Source of the DNA: Candidatus Kaiserbacteria bacterium
GTDB taxonomy: Bacteria > Patescibacteriota > Minisyncoccia > Phycocordibacterales > UBA2100
Length of the DNA stretch: 64,000 nt
Direction of reading: 5' to 3'
Assembly (NCBI GenBank): GCA_023267655.1
Contig: JAHFMV010000001.1
Coordinates: 95,954-159,953, forward strand
Of this stretch, positions 1 to 8,502 are shown piece by piece; position 1 is the stretch's first letter; each line of letters begins with the position of its first letter. The position numbers were made by a program, and so were the translations under genes. The notes below the pieces were generated by a model, which was given only the letters and a program-made list of their open reading frames with translations, searched no databases and was not told the DNA's origin.

Positions 1-136
1 GTAAGGATGGTGTATTACAAAACGTTGCCGTACCGACGTGGGATTTTAAAGAAGACACCAGTCGAATTCCTCGCAAGACGATGCCGGGACAATAATTGAA
101 GCCGCGGGCGCTTTGTGCGCACCGCGGCTTTACTTA

Positions 137-505
137 TCACCTCCTCTTTTTGTCGATCCGGGACAGTTCCCGGAATTGCGGCCGTTTCATTTTGACGACG
201 ACAAATGCCGAGCGAACGGAGTATTTGTCCGAGGGAACTTCCCGTACGCCATGAGTGAGCAGGCCCTGCGATGTAATTTGAATTGCGGTCGCCACTCCCG
301 CGGCGTTCGTTACGACGCGCGATACAGTCCCTAGTCGCTTCAAATCGATGGAATACGCGATCATGTCCACCGCGACTGGTCGCGGTCGCCGCAGTTCCTC
401 CTCCGTTGACGGGGGAGGCGTTGACCCCGTCATGTACGCGACAATCGCTGTAAAAAGCATCGCAAGCATGATGACGAGTTTCTGATTCCTCGAGAGCTTG
501 AACAT
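137..505 (-). CDS. Hypothetical protein with N-terminal membrane anchor
   Basis: 122-aa ORF, GGAGG SD upstream of ATG, hydrophobic LVIMLAMLFTAIVAY segment. Confidence 0.55.
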   Translation of the reverse strand: MFKLSRNQKLVIMLAMLFTAIVAYMTGSTPPPSTEEELRRPRPVAVDMIAYSIDLKRLGTVSRVVTNAAGVATAIQITSQGLLTHGVREVPSDKYSVRSAFVVVKMKRPQFRELSRIDKKRR

Positions 506-567
506 GCTGTCCTCCGTGCCTAAACCCGGACGTGATACTACGCGAAAGTGTGGTACAATACAACCCT

Positions 568-1122
568 ATGACACTTCTCTATATCGTGCTGGGCATTATC
601 GCGGTCGTTATTTTGTGGATTATCTTTGGCTACAATCGGTTTGTCTCACTTACCAACCGCGTGAAAGAAGCGTGGTCGGACATCGATATCCAGCTCAAGC
701 GTAGATACGACCTCATCCCGAATCTCGTCGAGACTGTGAAAGGGTATGCAGGGCACGAAAGCAGCACGCTCGAAAAGGTGACTGAAATGCGCACGCGGGC
801 GATGAATGCAACCGCGCCGGCCGATAAAGCTGCTGCAGAAAATATGCTCTCGGGCGCGCTCAAATCGCTGTTTGCCGTTGCCGAAAATTATCCCGACCTC
901 AAGGCGAACACCAACTTTCTTGAATTGCAGCGCGAACTCTCCGACACTGAAAACAAAATCCAAGCTGCCCGCCGCTTCTATAATAGTGTCGTCCAAGACC
1001 TCCAGAACGCACTCCAGTCATTCCCGAGCAACCTGATAGGCAGCACGTTCGGCTTCCAACCGCGTGATTTCTTCCAGCTCGACAACGACGCGGCCAAAGA
1101 GCCAGTGAAGGTGCAATTCTGA
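568..1122 (+). CDS. lemA: LemA family protein
   Basis: N-terminal TM helix, then WSDIDIQLKRRYDLIPNLVETVKGY and ENYPDLKAN LemA motifs. Confidence 0.95.
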   Translation: MTLLYIVLGIIAVVILWIIFGYNRFVSLTNRVKEAWSDIDIQLKRRYDLIPNLVETVKGYAGHESSTLEKVTEMRTRAMNATAPADKAAAENMLSGALKSLFAVAENYPDLKANTNFLELQRELSDTENKIQAARRFYNSVVQDLQNALQSFPSNLIGSTFGFQPRDFFQLDNDAAKEPVKVQF

Positions 1123-1124
1123 AA

Positions 1125-1162
1125 AGGGTATAGCCAATAGGGTATGGGGTTTAGGGAAATGC
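1125..1162. repeat. Left arm of heptad-periodic inverted repeat flanking the four-helix-bundle gene
   Basis: agggtatagccaatagggtatggggtttagggaaatgc is largely the reverse complement of 1526-1565. Confidence 0.85.
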
Positions 1163-1522
1163 ATGGAATCCTATCGAGAACTCATTGTTTGGCAAAAGAG
1201 TAGAAGGTTTGTAGCCAATATTTATCGGTTGACCGACAAGTTTCCTAAATCAGAGATGTTCGGACTAACAAGTCAGATGCGTCGTGCAGCCGTATCGATT
1301 CCTGCAAACATTGCGGAGGGCTATTCTCGTAAACATCGTGCAGAATATGTACAATTTCTTCGAATTGCATATGGTTCAGGCGCAGAGCTTGAGACGTACT
1401 GCGGATTAAAGTCTGATTTGGGATATGTGACGAAAGAAAAATCTGCAGAGTTTGAAGAATTACTCGCTGAAATCATGCGGATGCTCAATAAACTCATTTC
1501 ATCCCTTGCAATCAAACAATAA
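1163..1522 (+). CDS. Four-helix bundle protein (23S rRNA IVP / bAvd-like family)
   Basis: SYRELIVWQKS...FPKSEMFGLTSQMRRAAVSIPANIAEG...FLRIAYGSGAELET family signature. Confidence 0.93.
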   Translation: MESYRELIVWQKSRRFVANIYRLTDKFPKSEMFGLTSQMRRAAVSIPANIAEGYSRKHRAEYVQFLRIAYGSGAELETYCGLKSDLGYVTKEKSAEFEELLAEIMRMLNKLISSLAIKQ

Positions 1523-1525
1523 CTT

Positions 1526-1565
1526 GCATTTCACCCTATTGGCTATACCCTATTCGCTATACCCT
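1526..1565. repeat. Right arm of heptad-periodic inverted repeat
   Basis: gcatttcaccctattggctataccctattcgctataccct, ending immediately before the htpX ATG. Confidence 0.85.
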
Positions 1566-2468
1566 ATGTCGTCTTTGTATACACAGGAGAGTAAAAATGT
1601 GCGCAAAACCTGGCTCATGATGAGCGTCTTTTTAGTGCTTGTTATTGCGGTTGGTTGGGTGCTCGCGCAGTACTATGGCGATTCGTCGATTCTCTACATC
1701 GCGGTTGCGTTTTCTTTGATTTCAAACATCGGCGCATATTGGTTTTCGGACAAAGTTGCGATCGCGAGCGTCGGCGCGCATCCGGCAGATGAAAATGAGT
1801 ACAAAGAATTGCATCGCATCGTCGAAAACCTCGCTATTACCGCGGGCCTGCCAAAGCCGCGCGTCTATATCATTAACGATCCCGCGCCGAATGCGTTTGC
1901 AACGGGGCGCAACAAAGAGCACGCGGTCATTGCCGTCACGACTGGGCTCCTCGGAATGATGGATCGCTCGGAATTGGAAGGTGTCATCGCGCACGAACTC
2001 TCGCATGTGGGGAACCGCGACATCCTTGTCATGACCGTTGCGGTGGTCTTGGTCGGATTCATTTCCGTCCTCGCCAATATCGCACTGCGGATTTCATATT
2101 TTGGCGGGAATCGCGATCGCGAGAATAAAGCGGGACCACTTATCGCAATTGCCGCTATCGCGGCGATGATCCTAGCCCCTATTGCAGCGCAGCTCATCCA
2201 ACTCGCGATCTCGCGAAAACGGGAATTCCTCGCCGACGCTGACGGCGCACTCCTCACCCGGTATCCAGACGCCCTTGCATCCGCCCTCGCCAAAATCGGC
2301 TCGTACAGCGCACCTATGCAACGCGCCTCCACGACGACCGCACACCTGTTTATCTCGAACCCCTTCGGCGCGCATCCGGCAGGGCAGTGGATCGCGAAGC
2401 TTTTCTCCACGCATCCTCCGGTTGAAGAGCGCATCGCGGCTCTCGAAAGTATGCATTCAGAGCGATAG
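1566..2468 (+). CDS. htpX: HtpX membrane zinc metalloprotease (M48)
   Basis: PNAFATG, HELSH (HExxH), SRKREFLAD and FSTHPP motifs; follows lemA. Confidence 0.95.
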   Translation: MSSLYTQESKNVRKTWLMMSVFLVLVIAVGWVLAQYYGDSSILYIAVAFSLISNIGAYWFSDKVAIASVGAHPADENEYKELHRIVENLAITAGLPKPRVYIINDPAPNAFATGRNKEHAVIAVTTGLLGMMDRSELEGVIAHELSHVGNRDILVMTVAVVLVGFISVLANIALRISYFGGNRDRENKAGPLIAIAAIAAMILAPIAAQLIQLAISRKREFLADADGALLTRYPDALASALAKIGSYSAPMQRASTTTAHLFISNPFGAHPAGQWIAKLFSTHPPVEERIAALESMHSER

Positions 2469-2473
2469 GCGCC

Positions 2474-2503
2474 TATACCCCCGACTCGTCGATCGGAGAG
2501 TGA
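2474..2503. repeat. 30-bp direct repeat, copy 1, flanking the PaaX/Cas2-like gene
   Basis: tatacccccgactcgtcgatcggagagtga; 27/30 identical to 3095-3124. Confidence 0.8.
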
Positions 2504-2516
2504 CAGATATATGACA

Positions 2517-3086
2517 TCATTTGGATTTGAGTCGAAATGCGTGCCTCAAACGGGCATCATCCTGTATTTTTTCAAGGACACCATACAATACGTGTCGTGA
2601 TAACCGCGGGTCGTTTCTCAAGAGCCGAGACAGTTCCTCGCATTCATGCGGGAAAATCCAGGTGCTGTTTTGCAATTTGATAAATCCCGCTCGCTTCAAA
2701 ATTGTCCGAATTTCATCCCGCGCCTGGCGTAGCCTCTCCGGTATGTCAAAGGTTATTATGCGCCATTTGCCATCCCATTGCAGAGTATCTAATGTCGCAC
2801 GGATATTTTTTACCGTTCGCTCAATAAGAACTCGTCCCGTGTTTGTGATTGAAAGAATGTCGTCGCGCCGTTGAACATATCCCTCCCTCACGAGGCGATC
2901 TATCGCAAGTCGTGTTTTATACCTGCGTACGGCGCGTTCGCGCGCGATTTTATACATCAGTTTTGTTGAGCGCGCCGACATAAGAAACCCCATGAGCAAA
3001 TCTCCCGCAGTCAGCTGTTCCAAGACGTCTCTTTCGATTGCGCCGAGCCTGCCTCCGCGTCTTAATTTTTTATCACGATCCCGCAT
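2517..3086 (-). CDS. PaaX-like transcriptional regulator (wHTH plus Cas2-like ferredoxin domain)
   Basis: WDGKWRIITFDIPE...LKRAGFIKLQNSTW motif after a winged-helix-like segment; start placed at MRDRDKK. Confidence 0.8.
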   Translation of the reverse strand: MRDRDKKLRRGGRLGAIERDVLEQLTAGDLLMGFLMSARSTKLMYKIARERAVRRYKTRLAIDRLVREGYVQRRDDILSITNTGRVLIERTVKNIRATLDTLQWDGKWRIITFDIPERLRQARDEIRTILKRAGFIKLQNSTWIFPHECEELSRLLRNDPRLSRHVLYGVLEKIQDDARLRHAFRLKSK

Positions 3087-3094
3087 AGACAAAG

Positions 3095-3132
3095 TATACC
3101 CCTCACTCGTCGGTCGGAGAGTGAGGGGTATA
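3095..3132. repeat. Palindrome (14-bp stem, 10-nt loop); direct repeat copy 2; overlaps the -10 of the PaaX-like gene
   Basis: tatacccctcactc-gtcggtcgga-gagtgaggggtata. Confidence 0.8.
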
Positions 3133-3233
3133 TATTGTTGTGGACAGTGGAAGTACGAATAAAGAAACACAGAGGACGGCTGATGATTTTTTCTCGTACC
3201 TGTGTGTTTGTGGCGGCATGGTACTATTTCCGC

Positions 3234-4091
3234 ATGAAAACCTTGCGAGAAACAATTGCAGATGCGCGTGCCCGCAAAGTCGCGGTGGGGCATTTTAACG
3301 TATCTGATAGCAATCAATTTAATGCGATTGTTGCGGCAGCCGCGGAACTTGGCGTGCCGGTCATTATTGGTGCAACAGAAGGCGAGCAAAAATTCTTTGG
3401 CACGCATGAAGTCGCGGCGCTTGTACGCGCCGCACGCGAGAAAAAAGGACTCTCCGTCTACCTCAATTCCGACCACACCCGCACAATCGAAGGCATGAAG
3501 GCGGCCGTTGATGCAGGGTTTGATGCAGTACTTTTTGACGGCGCGAAAGAAACGATCGAGCACAATATCGAATTGGTAAAAGAAACGGTTGCCTATGCAA
3601 AAGCAGCAGGGCGCGAAGTGCTCGTTGAAGGCGAACTCGGCTACATTGGCTCATCTTCGCAAGTACATGCGGACATTCCCGAAGGCGCGGGACTCGATAT
3701 GACGACGCCGGAGCTTGCGACGCGATTCGTGCAAGAGACCGGTGTTGATCTTCTCGCGCCATCCGTCGGCAACATCCACGGACTTCTCAAAGGCCGGGCG
3801 AAACCAGCGCTCGACTTGCCACGTATCGAAGCGATCAGTAAGGCCGTCGGTATTCCGATGGTTCTCCACGGCGCGTCCGGCGAAACTGATGCTGATGTCC
3901 ACGGCGCGATAGAGCGCGGTATGGGCATCGTGCACGTCAATACCGAAATCCGCGTCGCCTACAAAGACGCCATCGCGAGAGGCCTTGCCGAAAACGCCGA
4001 AGACATCGCTCCATATAAATATATGCTTCCGGCGATGGAAGCCGTCAAACAAGTCGTCCTCAAGAAATTGAAGGTTTTCAACGGGCTCTAA
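3234..4091 (+). CDS. fba: Class II fructose-bisphosphate aldolase
   Basis: LNSDH, VEGELG, SVGNIHG, LHGASG and VNTE motifs. Confidence 0.93.
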   Translation: MKTLRETIADARARKVAVGHFNVSDSNQFNAIVAAAAELGVPVIIGATEGEQKFFGTHEVAALVRAAREKKGLSVYLNSDHTRTIEGMKAAVDAGFDAVLFDGAKETIEHNIELVKETVAYAKAAGREVLVEGELGYIGSSSQVHADIPEGAGLDMTTPELATRFVQETGVDLLAPSVGNIHGLLKGRAKPALDLPRIEAISKAVGIPMVLHGASGETDADVHGAIERGMGIVHVNTEIRVAYKDAIARGLAENAEDIAPYKYMLPAMEAVKQVVLKKLKVFNGL

Positions 4092-4132
4092 AGATTGAGA
4101 AAGAGCGATAAAAAGGCTATAAATAGGCGCAC

Positions 4133-4217
4133 GGAGGCGTCGCACAGTGGTCTAGTGCACCGCCTTGGAAAGGCGGCATGCCGCAAGGCATCGCGAGTTC
4201 GAATCCCGCCGCCTCCG
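4133..4217 (+). tRNA. tRNA-Ser(GGA)
   Basis: Acceptor stem ggaggcg/cgcctcc, anticodon arm ccgcc-ttGGAaa-ggcgg, long variable arm atgcc-gcaa-ggcat, GTTCGAATC T-loop. Confidence 0.95.
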
Positions 4218-4285
4218 CAACTAAAAGTTACTCACAGGCATTCGCGTCAACCGCTTTGCATAGGGTATTATTACCGTATTACTTA

Positions 4286-4316
4286 CTAGAAGCTAAAAGC
4301 TAGACGCTCGCAGCTA
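4286..4316. repeat. Short heptad-periodic tract
   Basis: ctagaag ctaaaag ctagacg ctcgcag cta. Confidence 0.5.
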
Positions 4317-4325
4317 TTTAATACT

Positions 4326-4736
4326 ATGTTTGAAGTAACATTTCTTCCGATTCTTGTTGCCGGGATTGCCAACGTGATCCTCGGCATGGTGTGGTACAAC
4401 CCACGCGTCTTTGGTACTGCCTGGATGGCGAATATCGCAATGACGCCGGAGATGGCGGAAAAAGGCAAGAAGCGGATGCCGATCATGGCGCTTATTTCGT
4501 TTCTCGCGGCCATGGTAGTCGCGTATGTGATGGATTATTTTGGCATCGCGTGGGGCGTGTTTGACTGGATCGGTGCCGTTGAGTTGGGCTTCTGGTGCTG
4601 GGTTGGGTTTGTCGCACCAACGATGCTCGGGATGGTTCTCTGGGAGATGAAGCCGTTCAAATACTACGCGATTGTTAGTGGATACTGGCTGGTGTCATTC
4701 ATTATGATGGCAGTCATTCTCGTATTAATGGCGTAG
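4326..4736 (+). CDS. DUF1761-like membrane protein
   Basis: LGMVWYNPRVFGTAWM motif and four hydrophobic helices. Confidence 0.8.
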   Translation: MFEVTFLPILVAGIANVILGMVWYNPRVFGTAWMANIAMTPEMAEKGKKRMPIMALISFLAAMVVAYVMDYFGIAWGVFDWIGAVELGFWCWVGFVAPTMLGMVLWEMKPFKYYAIVSGYWLVSFIMMAVILVLMA

Positions 4737-4743
4737 TTGTCTA

Positions 4744-4862
4744 AACGCTCAAATTTGGCGCATTTCGTCGTTGCGGAGCCTCTGCGTCTCCTTCGTCGTA
4801 TCTAGGATACGCCTCAGGAGCCGCTTTCTCCACGCCTAGAACTGCATCCAAATTTGAACGTT
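4744..4862. repeat. MITE-like or structured intergenic element with 15-bp terminal inverted repeat
   Basis: aacgctcaaatttgg ... ccaaatttgaacgtt (14/15), with inner ctcct/aggag and gtatc/gatac stems. Confidence 0.6.
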
Positions 4863-4876
4863 ATTGGTAGTGCATT

Positions 4877-5353
4877 ATGGTGTCTTTGCACAAGAAAATT
4901 CTCATAGGAATGGTGATTATTCTGGCTGCCGCGCTGCTTTTATTTTTCATATTTTCGAAACCTGCTCATCCTGCGGCAGGTCTCACTCTGCACCCGACGC
5001 AGACCATTTCAATTGCAGGGACACCGCTGCATATTGCGCTCGCGACTACCGACGCCGAGCGCGAGCAGGGCCTAAGCGGCATCACCAGCCTTGCAGAAGA
5101 CCAAGGCATGCTCTTTGTATTCCCGAAAGACGGCATCTATTCGTTTTGGATGAAAGACATGCTTTTTTCCATCGACATGCTTTGGGTCTCTCAAGATGGT
5201 CGTGTTGTATACATCGTCCCGTCGTCCTCGCCCGCGACCTACCCCCATGCGTTCACGCCAAATACACCGGCGAGGTATGTCCTCGAAGTACCCGCGGGCT
5301 TCGCAACAGAGCACGAAATCGGGGTGGGGAGCAAATTGGATTTTTCGCTCTGA
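4877..5353 (+). CDS. DUF192 family protein
   Basis: EREQGLS...GMLFVF...FWMKDM...YVLEVPAG motifs and an N-terminal TM helix. Confidence 0.9.
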   Translation: MVSLHKKILIGMVIILAAALLLFFIFSKPAHPAAGLTLHPTQTISIAGTPLHIALATTDAEREQGLSGITSLAEDQGMLFVFPKDGIYSFWMKDMLFSIDMLWVSQDGRVVYIVPSSSPATYPHAFTPNTPARYVLEVPAGFATEHEIGVGSKLDFSL

Positions 5354-5371
5354 TTTCCCTCGAGAAACGGG

Positions 5372-5380
5372 TTATCCACA
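5372..5380 (+). promoter_or_regulatory. Perfect DnaA box upstream of nrdAB
   Basis: TTATCCACA about 180 bp upstream of nrdA; single copy. Confidence 0.4.
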
Positions 5381-5560
5381 TATTTTCCGGACGAAGTAAG
5401 AGGTCGTTCGGGAGTATCCTAAGACAACTGAGCGTGCGTGCGCCCGGGATGCACTTGAAAGGCCTGTTACGAGACAACAGGCGTGTAAAATGCCCCCGAA
5501 AAAACGTTTCGCGAAGATAATTACAGGGAAAATTATTCAAAAATTTACACGCCAGAGCCT

Positions 5561-8458
5561 ATGATGACCCAGATAACAATCACGAAACGTGATGGAAATA
5601 AAGAGCCCTTCAATGCGGACAAAATCAACCGCTCGATCGAGCGTGCATGCATCGGACTTACCGATCCCATTTCGATGGTGACGCAAATCGCAACCGAAAC
5701 GCAGCTCACGCTCTACGATGGAATCACGACGGAAGAGATGGACATGGCGACCATCAACGCGGCGGTGCAAAACATCAAAGAAGACATTGAATACGACAAA
5801 GTGGGCGTGCGTTTGCTTTTGAAAACGGTCTATCGCCGTGTTGTTGGCGAATTCCATGATGATCCGGCGGAATTGGATGCGAAACACCGAGCGCAATTCC
5901 CGGTGCATATCAAAAATATGGTGCAAAGCGGTCTGTTGGACGTGCGCATGCAAGAAAAATACGACCTTGAGAAGCTTGCCGCAGCCCTCAAAATCGAGCG
6001 CGACGAGCTCTTTACCTATGCGGGCGTTTCCACACTTCTTGATCGTTATTCCATGCGCAACGAAGCGCAGAAACGCATCGAAACGCCCCAGTATTTCTTC
6101 ATGCGCATCGCGATGGGACTCTCATATAACGAAGCAAATCCGACCGAGCAAGCGATCAAATTCTACGACCGCATGTCGCAGCTCCTGTATATCGCGGGCG
6201 GCTCCACGAATCTCGGTGCAGGCACCTCGCGTCCAGCGCTCTCCAATTGTTTCCTCCTTGAAGTCCACGACGACATGGACCATATCGCAAAATCAGTCGC
6301 GGATGTCTTGAAAATCTCAAAAGCATCAGGTGGTCTTGGCGTTTCTCTCACCAAATTACGCGCGACCGGTTCCACATTGAAGGCCTCAAACACGGTCTCT
6401 AGTGGCCCAACCCCATTTGCCAAAATCATGGACACCGCAGTGCATGCGATCGTCCGCGGTGGCAAGAAAAAAGGCGCGCTCTGTTTCTATATGGAGAACT
6501 GGCACTATGATTTCCCGGAATATATCGACTGGAAACATAACGCGGGTGACGACTACATGCGCATGCGCACCGCAAATACCGCGACATGGATTTCCGACGA
6601 ATTTATGAAGCGTGTCGAGGCGGGTGACGAATGGTATCTCTTTGACCCGAAGGAAGTAATGGATCTGAACGAACTCTACGGCCAAGCCTTTTCGAAGCGG
6701 TATGCGGAATACATCGAGAAAGCAAAGGCAGGGCAAATGAAAATGTGGAAGAAGATGCCGGCGACCGAATTGTGGAGCAACATGCTCACCGCACTGCAAT
6801 CGACGTCGCATCCGTGGCTCACGTGGAAAGATTCGATCAACCTGCGCGCGCTCAACAACAACACCGGCACGATCCACATGTCGAATTTGTGTACCGAAAT
6901 CTGTTTGCCGCAAGACAAGGACAATATCGCCGTTTGTAACTTGATTTCACTCAATCTCGCGGGGCACATCGAAGGGAAGCAGGTCAACTGGTACAAGCTT
7001 GAAGAAACCGTACGCCTTGCGGTGCGTCAGCTCGACAACCTCATTGATATCAATGTGCTCCCGATCGAAGAAGCGCGCCGCTCGGACAGCGAGAACCGCG
7101 CGATCGGCCTCGGCGTCATGGGCTTTGCGGATGCGCTTGAGCAGCTTGGCATTCCGTATGAAAGCGGTCACGGCGCGGAATTTGCGGACCGGATTTTCGA
7201 ATTCATCAGTTATATGGCGATCGATGAGAGCGCGAATCTCGCAAAAGTGCGCGGTTCGTACAAACACTTTGTTGGCTCAGGATGGTCAGAAGGGTTGGTG
7301 CCGGTAGATACGATCGCGCGCGTCGAAGCAGAGCGCGGATTCCTGACCGGCCTCAAGAAAGACACGCGCAACAAGCAGCTGAATTGGGATGCATTGCGCG
7401 CAAAAGTGAAAGGCGGCATGCGCAATGCGACGCTTATGGCGGTTGCGCCGAATGCAAACATCGGACTTGTTGCGGGCACGACGCCGGGGATTGATCCACG
7501 CTTCGCACAAGTTTTCTCGCGCAACAAATTCTCCGGCAAGTACATGGACATCAACCACAACCTCGTGAAGGATTTGAAAAACATGGGGCTCTGGGATGAG
7601 GTGAAAGAAAAAATCGTCGAGCAGCAGGGAGATATTTCTGCGATCAATGAAATTCCGTCGTACTTGAAACAGATCTACAAAACATCATTTACGACATCAC
7701 CGTACGCATTCATTGAAGTCGCGGCGCGTGCGCAGAAATGGGTAGATCAGGCGCTCTCGCGCAATATCTATCTCGAAAACCGCGACATGGACGCGATGAA
7801 GCAGGTGTACATGGCGGCGTGGAAACGAGGACTGAAGACGACGTACTACTTGCACATGAAGCCGCGCCATAGCGCCGAGCAATCAACGACGCATGTGAAC
7901 AAGGGCGCACAATTCGCAAAGCGTGGGTTCGCCGGAGTGGTGGCGTCGCCGATCTCGACCGAAGCACCAACGCTCTCGCCGATCCAGCAGTCGCCCGTTA
8001 CCGTTCACGAGACGATGCCACTTACGCCGAATAGCGCGCCTGCGGTCGAAGTCGTGATGCCGGTGGAAACGTCGCGCGGATTCGCTCCTGCAGCAGCACA
8101 GGGAGCACTGCCAATTCAACCCGCAATGCAGCAGAGTTTACCCGGTGAGATGACGGCTTCGCCTATCTCACGGGATTTACCGGTGCAGGATGTGGTGAAG
8201 CCGGTGGTTGCGGTAGCACCAATCGCCGTAGCACCACTACAGACGCCATCGTATCAACCGATTCAGGCTGTAGCACCGGCGCAAATGGCTTCAGCACCAT
8301 CTCGCATGGGTTTTGCAACCGTTGTCTCGTCCGCTCCTATCCAAATGCCAGCCGCTTCGACCGTGCCAACACCTGCACCAATAGTTATCAAAAAAGAAAA
8401 AGCATTCGTCTGCCCGATAGATCCCGCCGAAAGAGCTCAATGCGATTCCTGCCAATGA
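5561..8458 (+). CDS. nrdA: Class I ribonucleotide reductase alpha subunit with ATP cone and long Pro/Ala-rich C-terminal linker
   Basis: ITKRDG ATP cone, SNCF, SNLCTEI, VCNL, GLKTTYY and terminal CDSC. Confidence 0.96.
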   Translation: MMTQITITKRDGNKEPFNADKINRSIERACIGLTDPISMVTQIATETQLTLYDGITTEEMDMATINAAVQNIKEDIEYDKVGVRLLLKTVYRRVVGEFHDDPAELDAKHRAQFPVHIKNMVQSGLLDVRMQEKYDLEKLAAALKIERDELFTYAGVSTLLDRYSMRNEAQKRIETPQYFFMRIAMGLSYNEANPTEQAIKFYDRMSQLLYIAGGSTNLGAGTSRPALSNCFLLEVHDDMDHIAKSVADVLKISKASGGLGVSLTKLRATGSTLKASNTVSSGPTPFAKIMDTAVHAIVRGGKKKGALCFYMENWHYDFPEYIDWKHNAGDDYMRMRTANTATWISDEFMKRVEAGDEWYLFDPKEVMDLNELYGQAFSKRYAEYIEKAKAGQMKMWKKMPATELWSNMLTALQSTSHPWLTWKDSINLRALNNNTGTIHMSNLCTEICLPQDKDNIAVCNLISLNLAGHIEGKQVNWYKLEETVRLAVRQLDNLIDINVLPIEEARRSDSENRAIGLGVMGFADALEQLGIPYESGHGAEFADRIFEFISYMAIDESANLAKVRGSYKHFVGSGWSEGLVPVDTIARVEAERGFLTGLKKDTRNKQLNWDALRAKVKGGMRNATLMAVAPNANIGLVAGTTPGIDPRFAQVFSRNKFSGKYMDINHNLVKDLKNMGLWDEVKEKIVEQQGDISAINEIPSYLKQIYKTSFTTSPYAFIEVAARAQKWVDQALSRNIYLENRDMDAMKQVYMAAWKRGLKTTYYLHMKPRHSAEQSTTHVNKGAQFAKRGFAGVVASPISTEAPTLSPIQQSPVTVHETMPLTPNSAPAVEVVMPVETSRGFAPAAAQGALPIQPAMQQSLPGEMTASPISRDLPVQDVVKPVVAVAPIAVAPLQTPSYQPIQAVAPAQMASAPSRMGFATVVSSAPIQMPAASTVPTPAPIVIKKEKAFVCPIDPAERAQCDSCQ

Positions 8459-8502
8459 GTGTCAATAGGTTTGAAAATTAATAGTAGTAACATAGTGCGC
8501 AT

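Noticed and set aside
1163-1522. Diversity-generating retroelement suggested by the Avd-like protein
   Set aside because: No reverse transcriptase and no TR/VR pair with adenine-specific mismatches seen in the window.
2517-3086. CRISPR-Cas system suggested by the Cas2-like domain
   Set aside because: No repeat-spacer array or other cas genes in the window; the domain context is PaaX-like.
4133-4217. tRNA-Ser as a prophage or island integration site
   Set aside because: No integrase and no duplicated tRNA 3' end found in the window.
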